This document shows, one piece after another, positions 9,801-18,000 of a stretch of 64,000 nucleotides of DNA (position 1 is the first letter of the stretch; each line of letters opens with the position of its first letter). A model generated the notes under the pieces. The model was not told where the DNA came from and ran no database searches. It was given only the letters and a program-made list of their open reading frames with translations. This stretch comes from a virus. Taxonomy: Duplodnaviria; Caudoviricetes. Location of the stretch: positions 7,201-71,200 of the IMG/VR virus record IMGVR_UViG_2706795384_000001. One strand, given 5' to 3'. Made by a program: the position numbers and the translations under genes.

Positions 9801-10387
9801 TTTCTTTCTGGTCCGAAAAGCTCAAGCCCGTAGCTGACGCCATAGCTGAGATTTTCAAGGGCATTGGTGACGCTATCGGAAACGCCCTCGGCAAAATGGG
9901 CGAGTTCATGAATAACCCGCTTGGTGGTATCCAAGACTGGCTGAACATTGACAAGGACAGCAACGGGCAAGGCGTCATGCCGAACAACAGCGGCGGCGGC
10001 GTCTACAAGGGCGGCGGCGTGCTGGGTTACGCCGGCGGCGGCACGGTCTTGCCCGGGTTCGGCCCGGGCAAGGACACCATCCCCGCCATGCTGTCCCGTG
10101 GCGAGTCCGTGCTGGTTCCTGAGCTCACGGCAGCGCTTGGGCCATCCAACATCATGGCAGCCAACCGCGAGGCGTCCGGCGGACGCCCTGCCGGGTCCGG
10201 CCCCACCGCTTCCCTTGTGGCGGCTGTGGGCGGCGGCGGCGGTTCCACTCTCACCATTGAGCGCGGCGCCGTCGAGGTCAACATCACCGTGGAAGGCGGC
10301 ACCCCGGAAGCCGCTGGCGACATTGCGGAAGCCGTCGAGGAAGCCGTGAACAAGGTCTTTGAGGAAATCAAGAGGCGGGGTTACTAA
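6848..10387 (+). CDS. Tape measure protein
   Basis: 1179 aa; tape-measure N-domain (LNIEDARAKL, GTAFGLD), Trp/Phe periodic repeats, C-terminal YAGGG...DTIPAMLS motif. Confidence 0.95.
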   Translation: MPVATTEERVVLTVATKDELTAPLQDMTKKVEGAADKVAKASQREASAVEKAMNQVTKSTATVMGSSDKMAKVYDQAVGRMGTSSGRVGTVINNGIGGAVDRAMRGAANSIRAATPGIIAAADRIGAGIGSALGSSVNTAVTVGDKIGTALGSGLNTAGKTLGVAGVVVGGVVGKAISGGINRQLNIEDARAKLSGLGTDAASVNSIMDSALQAVQGTAFGLDSAATAAASAVASGIQPGKDLTRTLKLVGDAATIAGTDYGEMGAIFNKISASGVIQGEELAQLGDRGIPILQLLGKEMGVTAAEVKDLASKGKVDFATFQNAMEKGMGGAALKSGETTRGSMANMGAALSRVGATLTAGFFPLAVGGFNEVTKTLDGMNKAIKPAATAFGTWFAGKAGPVVSTFSERALRAFGEVTGGFAAMQAGYKRADDGITSSGLPGFMERIGIAAGKVRDAVAGMNPNLDHLKGLVAPLAGMFLAMGSGLLGNLPIIGRFLPVLNPFLGILLGLIAASPELRRALGDAFQAIVPALGSVVAAFAPLVPILAEVVAWGVDLVVKVLDLMVPLFPVLVPLVVAFVTVAKLAGPAMAAWKVATVLFTGAQIGFQTAMGVSTVLTQAQTAATERGTAGFVAMKVAQYGAVAAMAVATAAQWLFNAAVSANPISLIVIAIAALVAGVIWAYNNIGWFKDGVDAALKWIGEAFQNVVNWWNSDFMPALSAVGQWFVDVFTNVSQFLSDTFTNVGNWFRDFIGFFVDGWGMLVDFWNGILLPAIQAVGDFFAPILDWITRLIWNATTIAVALFFKLVDFWNGVLQPALQAVGDWFNSIFTWIFETIVRPVVDGIVGLFRTLVDWWNLTLMPALQAVGQWFSDIFSWIYNTIILPYITFWIDAFRMVVDWWNLTFLPALQAVGQWFSDVLNWIYNVIIKPVVDLIVGAFTALTDWWNNTLSPMITTVGGWFRDGIGKAIEGVSGFIDGLIKGFQGFISFWSEKLKPVADAIAEIFKGIGDAIGNALGKMGEFMNNPLGGIQDWLNIDKDSNGQGVMPNNSGGGVYKGGGVLGYAGGGTVLPGFGPGKDTIPAMLSRGESVLVPELTAALGPSNIMAANREASGGRPAGSGPTASLVAAVGGGGGSTLTIERGAVEVNITVEGGTPEAAGDIAEAVEEAVNKVFEEIKRRGY
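8970..9720 (+). repeat. Tape-measure internal repeats (PA[L/I][Q/S]AVG-x-[W/F]F units)
   Basis: Units start at 8993, 9158, 9290, 9425, 9560; spacing 55, 44, 45, 45 aa. Confidence 0.85.
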
Positions 10388-11055
10388 TGGTCAGCATTCT
10401 GGTGCAAAAGCCGCAGTATTGGCACACCATGCGCGTTATCACTGACAACGGGTTCCAAGGGTCTATGAACTCCACCCCGGTGGTCTTCACGTATAGCGAC
10501 GTGGCCAAGTACGGGCAGATTGAGCGCGAGGGCAAGAAAGCCATTTCCCGCTTGGTGTCGCCCGGGCTGCGTCAACTGTCCTTCACGCACACCGTGGCCA
10601 GCCTGGACTACCAACAGACGGTGGAACCGATCGTCCAGCGGTTCACCAACCTCTCTGCCGCTGGCGTCCGGGTGCGCTTCCCCAATGGGTCCGGCCCATT
10701 CGAGCAACCCTGCTGGTGGGTTATCAAGGGCTTGGACGTGAACGTTATTCGTCGCGCCCTGGACAACTCCATCAGTCACGCCCAACTGTCGTGGACCCTT
10801 GAGGAACACGTCGACGTAACGGCCAACCAGATCAAGCCGCGCCCGGTGCCCAAGGCGCCCGTTGTGGCCCCGCAGCCGGTGGCCGCGCCGTCGCGCACTT
10901 ACCGCGTGGTGTCCGGCGATTGCCTGTGGAACATTGCCGTGCGGTTCTTTGGCAATGGGGCGCGCTGGCCGGAAATTTACAACCTCAACCGGGCTGTCAT
11001 TGGTGGAAACCCCAATCTGATCTTCCCGGGCCAGGTCTACCGGATTCCGGGGTAA
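10387..11055 (+). CDS. LysM-containing tail/baseplate protein (tube initiator-like)
   Basis: C-terminal LysM: YRVVSGDCLWNIA...NPNLIFPGQ. Confidence 0.85.
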   Translation: MVSILVQKPQYWHTMRVITDNGFQGSMNSTPVVFTYSDVAKYGQIEREGKKAISRLVSPGLRQLSFTHTVASLDYQQTVEPIVQRFTNLSAAGVRVRFPNGSGPFEQPCWWVIKGLDVNVIRRALDNSISHAQLSWTLEEHVDVTANQIKPRPVPKAPVVAPQPVAAPSRTYRVVSGDCLWNIAVRFFGNGARWPEIYNLNRAVIGGNPNLIFPGQVYRIPG

Positions 11056-11060
11056 CGGGC

Positions 11061-12404
11061 ATGGGCAGCACGCTAGACGGGAACCGTCTAAAGAACATTC
11101 AAGTGACGGGCAAGGGGCTGGAAGCGGACCTTGTGGAGGCTTGCATCAAAGCGAGCTTTTCCACCAGCACGTCCCAAGTAACTGAGTTCTCGCTGACGTT
11201 CTTGGACACCATGGACCTGCAAACCTTCCGTTCGGGGATCCTCAGTTCCGGCGCCACCGTGAAATATGGGGGCTGGCACATGGTCAGCCGGGTGGTGTCC
11301 GTGGCGTCCGGCAGCGCTGGCCCGGAACTGACGGTCAAGGCGCCGTCAGCGTTCGTGGAGGGCTTCAAATCCGAGACCGGCGGCAACTCGTGGGGCGAAC
11401 AGGACGTCGCCGCGTGGGTGGTAGCCCAAGGCAAGCGCCGGGGCATGACCACCGTTGTGCAACCCGGGCTTGGGCGCCGCACCATCGTTAGAGCTGACTC
11501 TGACGGCGGCGATAAGGAAAGCACGTGGGACGTGCTGGCAGCGCTGGCGACGGCCACCGGGTGTTGGCTGTTTGAGTATGGCCCCGTGCTGGTTTTCGCG
11601 CGCCCGTCGTGGCTCATGAAGAACGACTGGGGCGGACGGCATTGGCCGTTTTACTGGAACAACTGGGCTGACTATAGCGAGGGCTTGCAGGGCATGCCAG
11701 CTTACGCCGTGGACCCGGGCAGCAACCCGGCTGAGTCCATGTCCTTGCGGGTTCTCTCTGCTGACGCTGACGAGGCGCGCCCGGGCGACCGGGTGACCAT
11801 GGAGGGCGCGGCCGTCGGTTCCATGGCTGGTGAGTGGATCGTTGTAGGTGTCAGCTACCCCATGACGGTGGCCGGGGTGGTCACTTTGTCGTGCCAGCGG
11901 CCCATTGACCCGGTTATCCCGCCGGAAAACACGGGTACGGGCACCGCCGGCACGGCAGCCAAAAAGGCCACCGTGGTGAGCGTCGCCACGAGCAAGCCAA
12001 GCGCCGGGGCGAACACGTCCGGCGTTGACGGCTGGATTGCCCGGACGAACGGCAAGTATGTGGACACGGACGGCGCCTATGGTGCGCAGTGTGTTGACCT
12101 GGTGAGCCTCTACAACACCCAGTTTGTGGGTGGCCGTGCCCTGTTCGGCAACGGTAACCAGTGGTACGGCAACCCGGGCGCCACAGCTTCCTACGTCCGT
12201 GTGCCGCCAAGCCAGCGCGCCCAAAAGGGTGACATTGCTTGCTGGGGCGGCGTGTACGGCGGCGGCTACGGCCACGTGTGCATTGTGGTGGACGACCTTG
12301 GCGGACAGTTGCGGACGTTCACGCAGAACCCCGGCCCCGCCCACTTTGAAACGCTCACTAAGTCCGGGCTGCAGGGCTACCTCCGACCACGAAAGTTCGC
12401 ATAA
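11061..12404 (+). CDS. Baseplate hub protein with C-terminal CHAP peptidase
   Basis: ATG 11061; hub-like N-terminus; CHAP motifs GAQCVDL and YGHVCIV. Confidence 0.8.
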   Translation: MGSTLDGNRLKNIQVTGKGLEADLVEACIKASFSTSTSQVTEFSLTFLDTMDLQTFRSGILSSGATVKYGGWHMVSRVVSVASGSAGPELTVKAPSAFVEGFKSETGGNSWGEQDVAAWVVAQGKRRGMTTVVQPGLGRRTIVRADSDGGDKESTWDVLAALATATGCWLFEYGPVLVFARPSWLMKNDWGGRHWPFYWNNWADYSEGLQGMPAYAVDPGSNPAESMSLRVLSADADEARPGDRVTMEGAAVGSMAGEWIVVGVSYPMTVAGVVTLSCQRPIDPVIPPENTGTGTAGTAAKKATVVSVATSKPSAGANTSGVDGWIARTNGKYVDTDGAYGAQCVDLVSLYNTQFVGGRALFGNGNQWYGNPGATASYVRVPPSQRAQKGDIACWGGVYGGGYGHVCIVVDDLGGQLRTFTQNPGPAHFETLTKSGLQGYLRPRKFA

Positions 12405-12808
12405 TGACAACCGTCTGGTCTTGGCTCATGCTCGCGCGGGTGTCCCGTCTAGTCCGGGACTTGCGCACGGGCGTGGGAACCGATGAAGCCTACACCGCCG
12501 CTGAGGGCATGCCCCTGCAAGTGGCTGAGGCAATCAGCCACGCATGTGCCCCGGACGGGCTGAACTGGCCCCGGGATGATGCCAAGCTGCTGGCCGTCTT
12601 GGTGCGCGACGGGTACAGCGTCCCCGTGGATTCCGCCCCTTATGGTTCAGTGGTTGAGACGACGTCGGGGCGTCTGGGATTGGTAACCAATGGTGGCGCA
12701 ATTGAATCCCATGGCGCCGCGTTGTCAGTTGTTCCGCATGAATCAGGGCGTTGGGTGAGGGCGTGGCTTATCCCCGGCGTTTCGTACTTTGAGAGGGTCA
12801 CCACGTGA
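12404..12808 (+). CDS. Hypothetical tail protein, possibly degenerate NlpC/P60 fold
   Basis: Coupled to neighbours; WPR...PYGSVV...GRLGL...AIESHG layout. Confidence 0.5.
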   Translation: MTTVWSWLMLARVSRLVRDLRTGVGTDEAYTAAEGMPLQVAEAISHACAPDGLNWPRDDAKLLAVLVRDGYSVPVDSAPYGSVVETTSGRLGLVTNGGAIESHGAALSVVPHESGRWVRAWLIPGVSYFERVTT

Positions 12809-14769
12809 GTGCACTACAGGAAGCCATGAGGAAGCCCGGGCGCGTGGCGTCCCCGGATTCGGTCCCGTCGCTGTACCGCGGCATCGTCACCGAGGTGCGC
12901 TCTGACGGCATGCTGTGGGTGCTGATCCCGCGGCTTTCTGGTGACAGCCCAATTGGCCCCATGCCGGCGGCGTCCTACGCCCTGACCGTGGGGGAACGCG
13001 TCCTTATCGGCGCTGTAGAGGACTCCCGTAGCGACCTCATGATCATTTGCCGCGAGTACGGCGATTCGTCCGCGTTCCCGGCTTTCGAGGGCGTGCACTT
13101 GAAGAACCCGCCCACGGGGCCGGACAACGCCGTGCGGAAGGACTACGCGGACGCGTTGGGGTCCGTGCTGGCCACAAATGACACGATTGTGCGCCGCGGT
13201 GTCACGGGGTCCATCCTGGTGCAAGAGGCGTACCTCGGCGGCGTCCAGTCCGCAGCGAACGCGGCCACCCGCAAGAGCTACGTGGACGCTCAAGTTGCCC
13301 TAAAAATGCCCAAGGTGCCCACCTTGCTGCCCGGGACCGCGCACGACTTGGACGACTACCAAGCCCAAGACATTTACCACCAGTCATTCAACGCCGCTGC
13401 ATCCATCAGCATGAACTACCCGGTGCCACTGGCCGGGTTGCTGGAATGCTTTGCGCCGTCTACCACCTTCATTTACCAGCGGTACACCACGTACAACACC
13501 ACCACCCGGATTTTCTGGCGCGCCAAGTATTCCACGAGCGCGTGGGGTGGCTGGAAGGAAGTCCAGGACGTTGCCAGCTTCCTGACCGCCATGGCTGGCA
13601 AGGCCGCGTTGGTGCACACCCACGTTGCCGGGGACATTACGGGCGGCGTCTTTGCCGCTGCCCTGTTGCCAGCGGCCACCACGGGCGCGCAGGGCGCCAT
13701 GTCGGCAGCGGACAAGACCAAGCTGGACGCGGCCACCATTAACCCCACAGCGTCCACCATTGCCATGCGGAATAGCGCTGGCGACCTGACCAGCAATAAC
13801 TACTTCATGCCGTCCGGGCAAGCCCAATCCGCGCTTCCCCAGTCCCTCACCCGCCGGGACTACGTGGACGCTCAAGTTGCCACGAGGGCGGCGAGCTCGC
13901 ACGGGCACACCTACGCTGACATTTCCGGCACGGTGCCCACGGCTGCGCTGCCACCGCTGGCGATCAATGAGACATTCCCGGTGGCCAGCCAAGCCGCCAT
14001 GCTGGCCCTGACCGCGCAACGCGGTGATATGGCGATCCGTTCCGACAATGGCCGCAGCTATGTGCTATCCACGGACAGCCCGGGCACGCTCGCGGACTGG
14101 AAAGAGATTATGGCTGCCGGTCAGGTTCAGTCCGTGGCTGGTAAGACGGGTGTGGTGTCCTTGGTCAAGGGTGACGTTGGCCTTGGGAACGTGGACAACA
14201 CCGCGGATACCGCTAAGCCGGTCAGCACGGCAACGCAGACGGCGCTCAACGCCAAAGCGAACACGAGCCACACCCATTTGTGGGCGGACCTCACGGACAA
14301 GCCAACGACGTTTGCCCCGTCCGCGCATGTGCACAGCGCCGCGGACCTGACCAGCGGCACGGTGCCCGTTGCGCGGCTGCCGCTGGCCACGGGTTCGGCA
14401 GCCGGGGCCATGTCCGCCGCTGACAAGGCTACTTTTGACGTGGTGAGCGTGGACACGGGCTGGGTTGACGTGCCCCTTACGGCGCCTTGGGTGAACTACG
14501 ACGCCGGGGTGCACGCCACGGCTCAAGTCCGGCGCATCGGCAATGACGTTGAGTTCAAGGCGTTTCTGAAATCGGGATCCTTGGGCACCAACGTGGGTGT
14601 GATCCCGGCGGGGTTCCGGCCCGTGTCGCAACGCTGGCCAACGGCCACGTTCCAGTCCACTGCCATTGGTTCCACGTTCTGCGTGATATACCCGGACGGC
14701 ACGGTGTACCTGGCGGGGTCCGGCGCGGTTACTTACGTTTCCATTGAGTGCCGGTGGATGCTGGGGTAA
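12805..14769 (+). CDS. Baseplate spike-like N-terminus fused to tail-fibre modules (pyocin-knob-like, HxH repeats, C-terminal head)
   Basis: YRGIVTEV...GERVL N-domain; IYQRYTTY...WGGWKE knob; DTGWVDV...VRRIGNDV C-domain. Confidence 0.7.
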   Translation: MSALQEAMRKPGRVASPDSVPSLYRGIVTEVRSDGMLWVLIPRLSGDSPIGPMPAASYALTVGERVLIGAVEDSRSDLMIICREYGDSSAFPAFEGVHLKNPPTGPDNAVRKDYADALGSVLATNDTIVRRGVTGSILVQEAYLGGVQSAANAATRKSYVDAQVALKMPKVPTLLPGTAHDLDDYQAQDIYHQSFNAAASISMNYPVPLAGLLECFAPSTTFIYQRYTTYNTTTRIFWRAKYSTSAWGGWKEVQDVASFLTAMAGKAALVHTHVAGDITGGVFAAALLPAATTGAQGAMSAADKTKLDAATINPTASTIAMRNSAGDLTSNNYFMPSGQAQSALPQSLTRRDYVDAQVATRAASSHGHTYADISGTVPTAALPPLAINETFPVASQAAMLALTAQRGDMAIRSDNGRSYVLSTDSPGTLADWKEIMAAGQVQSVAGKTGVVSLVKGDVGLGNVDNTADTAKPVSTATQTALNAKANTSHTHLWADLTDKPTTFAPSAHVHSAADLTSGTVPVARLPLATGSAAGAMSAADKATFDVVSVDTGWVDVPLTAPWVNYDAGVHATAQVRRIGNDVEFKAFLKSGSLGTNVGVIPAGFRPVSQRWPTATFQSTAIGSTFCVIYPDGTVYLAGSGAVTYVSIECRWMLG

Positions 14770-14779
14770 GACACCCCGG

Positions 14780-14824
14780 CCCGTCCCACAGTGAAACGGC
14801 GTTGCCCTCCACCATGGGGGCATG
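14780..14824 (+). promoter_or_regulatory. Putative late-class leaderless promoter (CCCGTCCCACA; -10 CACCAT 14810-14815; ATG 14822)
   Basis: Intergenic; no SD; ATG 6 nt after -10. Confidence 0.5.
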
Positions 14825-16762
14825 GCACTTACCAATACCGCCCGTCTTGGGCTTGAGCAGTACAGTTCCGGCGCTGACCCGCACCCGGGACGCGTCAAGT
14901 TCAATGAGGAACGCGCGCTTTTGGATGCCTTGGTGGCTATCGCGTCCCAAGGCACCACGGCGCAGCGTCCGGCTGCCGGTAAGGCGCGGTCATTCTACTG
15001 GGACACGTCCGTCGACCGGCTGTATTTCGACAACGGCACCACGTGGAAGGAAGTAACCACCAACGGCGGCGGCGGTCCCGGCGCTGCCATTGTCCCGGGC
15101 GCGGCTGCCGTCGAGGGCACTTCCGGGCGTTCCGCTCGCGCTGACCACACCCACAGCTTGCCGTTGGCCACCGCTGCCGTTGATGGGGCCATGCCCAAGG
15201 CTGACAAAGCCAAGCTTGACGCCGCTGGCCCCGCCGCGACGGCCAACACCATTGTCATGCTGGACGCTGCCGGACGCGCTAAGGTAGCCAACCCGTCCGC
15301 GACCACGGACATTGCAAACAAGACCTATGTGGATACCGCAGTTGCCACCAAGGCAGCCACAGACCACGTGCACGACGCCGCCGACGTCACTTCCGGTGTG
15401 TTCACCGCGGCGCGCATTCCCGTGGGCACTACCACTTCCGCCGGGTCCATGAGCGCAGCGGACAAGGTGAAGCTGAACGCAGCAAGCGCGCTGGCAACCC
15501 CCAACACGTTGGTGATGCTGGACGCCAACGGGCGCACCCAAGTGGCTGCCCCGTCCGTAGGTGCGGATACCGCAAACAAGACCTATGTGGACGCTCAAGT
15601 TGCCACGAGGGCGACGACGGCCCACAGCCACGCTTGGGCGGACATTACCAGCGGCGTGCCCACCACCTTTACCCCGTCAGCCCACAGCCACGCGGCTGCC
15701 GACGTCAGTTCCGGCGTGTTCGCTGCTGCCCGTCTTCCCGCAGCAACAGGCGCGGCCCAAGGCGCCATGTCGGCAGCGGACAAGACCAAGCTGGACGCGG
15801 CCACCGCACTGGCCACCCCGTCAACACTGGTGATGCTGGACGCATCCGGGCGCGCTGCTGTGGCTGCCCCGTCCGGCGGCGGCGACATTGCAAACAAAAC
15901 CTATGTTGACGGCCAGGTTGCCACCAAGGCGAACACCACCCACACCCACACGTGGGGGCAGATCACGGGTGCCCCGGCAACCTATGCCCCGTCTGCGCAC
16001 AATCATGATTGGTTCGACCTCACGGGCGTGCCCACGGCTTCCCGGGCACAATCCGGCGTCATGTCCGCTTCCGCTTACGCGCTGCTCTACGATGCCACCG
16101 CGGCTTACGCCACGTCCAACATTGTCATGCGTGACGCGAACGGCAATATCGAAATCAATCGACCTGTTCAGGACATTGACGGCGCAAACAAGCTCTATGT
16201 TGACGACCAAATGGCCGCTGCGCGCGCTGGCAAGCTGGACGTTTCGACGTTCACGGACGCGATTTCCACCAGCGGCACGGCTCGCGCGATCCGGTCCCCA
16301 AACCTGGCGGCTTACATGACGTTCCACAACAGTGGCGTGGTGGAGTCGCCCGCGATCTACAACACCAACGCGGCCAGCGGATCCAATTTCCGCGCCGTCT
16401 GGGTGAACTCCACGGGTGGCCTTGGTTACAACCTGTCGAGCGAGAAATTCAAGACCAACATTCAGCCTTACGAGGTCCCGCTGGAAGTCTTGGAACAGAT
16501 CGAACCAAAGCGCTTCCAGTACATCGAAAACGTGGAAGAAATGGGCGCTGAGGCTGCCCCTGTCCGCGTCAACTTCATTGCGGAACACCTCCACGACGCC
16601 GGACTAACCGAGTACGTCAGCTATGACGACGAGGGCACCGAGCGGGAGAACTGCCAAACCATTAACGAACAGCTAATGGTGAATGCGTTGTGGAGTTTCG
16701 CACGTCAGCAAAACCAGCAAATCAAGGATTTGCAATCGACAGTCAACGCATTGCGCGGCTAG
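14822..16762 (+). CDS. Tail fibre with C-terminal intramolecular chaperone (peptidase S74-like)
   Basis: Repeated NKTYVD..VAT.A..HxH units; SSEKFKTNI cleavage-type motif; terminal coiled coil. Confidence 0.8.
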   Translation: MALTNTARLGLEQYSSGADPHPGRVKFNEERALLDALVAIASQGTTAQRPAAGKARSFYWDTSVDRLYFDNGTTWKEVTTNGGGGPGAAIVPGAAAVEGTSGRSARADHTHSLPLATAAVDGAMPKADKAKLDAAGPAATANTIVMLDAAGRAKVANPSATTDIANKTYVDTAVATKAATDHVHDAADVTSGVFTAARIPVGTTTSAGSMSAADKVKLNAASALATPNTLVMLDANGRTQVAAPSVGADTANKTYVDAQVATRATTAHSHAWADITSGVPTTFTPSAHSHAAADVSSGVFAAARLPAATGAAQGAMSAADKTKLDAATALATPSTLVMLDASGRAAVAAPSGGGDIANKTYVDGQVATKANTTHTHTWGQITGAPATYAPSAHNHDWFDLTGVPTASRAQSGVMSASAYALLYDATAAYATSNIVMRDANGNIEINRPVQDIDGANKLYVDDQMAAARAGKLDVSTFTDAISTSGTARAIRSPNLAAYMTFHNSGVVESPAIYNTNAASGSNFRAVWVNSTGGLGYNLSSEKFKTNIQPYEVPLEVLEQIEPKRFQYIENVEEMGAEAAPVRVNFIAEHLHDAGLTEYVSYDDEGTERENCQTINEQLMVNALWSFARQQNQQIKDLQSTVNALRG

Positions 16763-16774
16763 GGAGGAACCCGT

Positions 16775-17071
16775 GTGGACGCGTTTCTGGGACTTATCCC
16801 GGCATTGGTCAAAGACTGGGGGCCGGCTGGGTTTGTCATCATCATTGTTGTTGGCATTCTCGTTGTTATCCGGCATGAGGCAAGGGCAAATACCGCAAGT
16901 GCGGAAAAATTGCGCGCCGATCATGAGACCACTATTACCCGCAAAAATGGTGAGCTCGAAACCGCTTACAAGCGGATTGAATACCTGGAAGGGCGCGTGG
17001 CCTATTGGTATGACCGATGGAAAGCCTTGGCCGGCGTTGACGAACATGAAAAGGCTGGGGGGCCGGAATGA
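16775..17071 (+). CDS. Single-TM plus coiled-coil membrane protein (lysis cassette)
   Basis: GTG with RBS GGGAGG; hydrophobic FVIIIVVGILVVI. Confidence 0.7.
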   Translation: MDAFLGLIPALVKDWGPAGFVIIIVVGILVVIRHEARANTASAEKLRADHETTITRKNGELETAYKRIEYLEGRVAYWYDRWKALAGVDEHEKAGGPE

Positions 17072-18000
17072 GCGAGCAAATGGGATTTGAACCGCAGCCC
17101 GTGGAGGTTGAGGGCGACACCGAAAAGGCGCCGCACCGGCACGCCAAGCCGCGCCCCACTGTTTCCCCATGGCTGGGCATTCTGTTGCTCGCGCTTGCCG
17201 TGGGTGTGACGTTATGGGCTTTCGAGTACGGGGCCACCAAAAAGGACAACAGCGCCCTGACCACCAACGTGGAAGCCCTGGCCGCTGGGGTCCAACAGCA
17301 ATGCGCCACCGGCAAGCCGCTGTATGACAACGAGGGCCGGAACCTTTGCCCCGTCGCTAAGGAAGCCGAGAAAGACCCCACTACGGTGGTCAAGGCTGCT
17401 GACGGGCGCGGCATCACCGGCACCGAGATAGTCAACGGTTACATGATGGTGAAGTACAGCGACGGAGCCGTCGAACAGGTGGGCAAGGTCCAAGGTAACG
17501 ACGGCAAAGACGGCGACCCCGGCAAGGACGGGCGAGCGATCACCGGCACCGACATTGTGGCCGGTGAAATGATCCTCAATTTTAGCGACGAAACCAGCGA
17601 CAACTTGGGGCCGGTTGTTGGCCCTGCTGGCGTCGGCATCCAGGACGTGCGCAACGTCGACGGCTCGCTCACCATTGTGCTGACCAATGGCCAGTTCATC
17701 AACGCCGGAATCCTGCCGCCGGGTCCGGCTGGCCCAATCGGCGCAACTGGCCCGGAAGGGCCGGAAGGCAAACAGGGCGTTCAAGGCGTTCAAGGCTTCC
17801 CGGGCGAGCCGCCCTTTTCGTGGACCAAGGTAGACGGCGCCACGGGTGCGGTCATTGAGACGTGCGCGAGGTCCAGCAACTTTGACCCGGCAGCCCCCAC
17901 GTATGTGTGCACCGGGTCCGCCCCGGCCCCGCAGCCCACCGCTGCCCCCACGACCGAACCAACACCAACCACCGCAACCAGCAAAGGAAACCAGCCATGA
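17068..18000 (+). CDS. Membrane-anchored collagen-like protein
   Basis: TM at aa ~35-55; Gly-X-Y runs (GPAGPIGATGPEGPEGKQG). Confidence 0.75.
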   Translation: MSEQMGFEPQPVEVEGDTEKAPHRHAKPRPTVSPWLGILLLALAVGVTLWAFEYGATKKDNSALTTNVEALAAGVQQQCATGKPLYDNEGRNLCPVAKEAEKDPTTVVKAADGRGITGTEIVNGYMMVKYSDGAVEQVGKVQGNDGKDGDPGKDGRAITGTDIVAGEMILNFSDETSDNLGPVVGPAGVGIQDVRNVDGSLTIVLTNGQFINAGILPPGPAGPIGATGPEGPEGKQGVQGVQGFPGEPPFSWTKVDGATGAVIETCARSSNFDPAAPTYVCTGSAPAPQPTAAPTTEPTPTTATSKGNQP

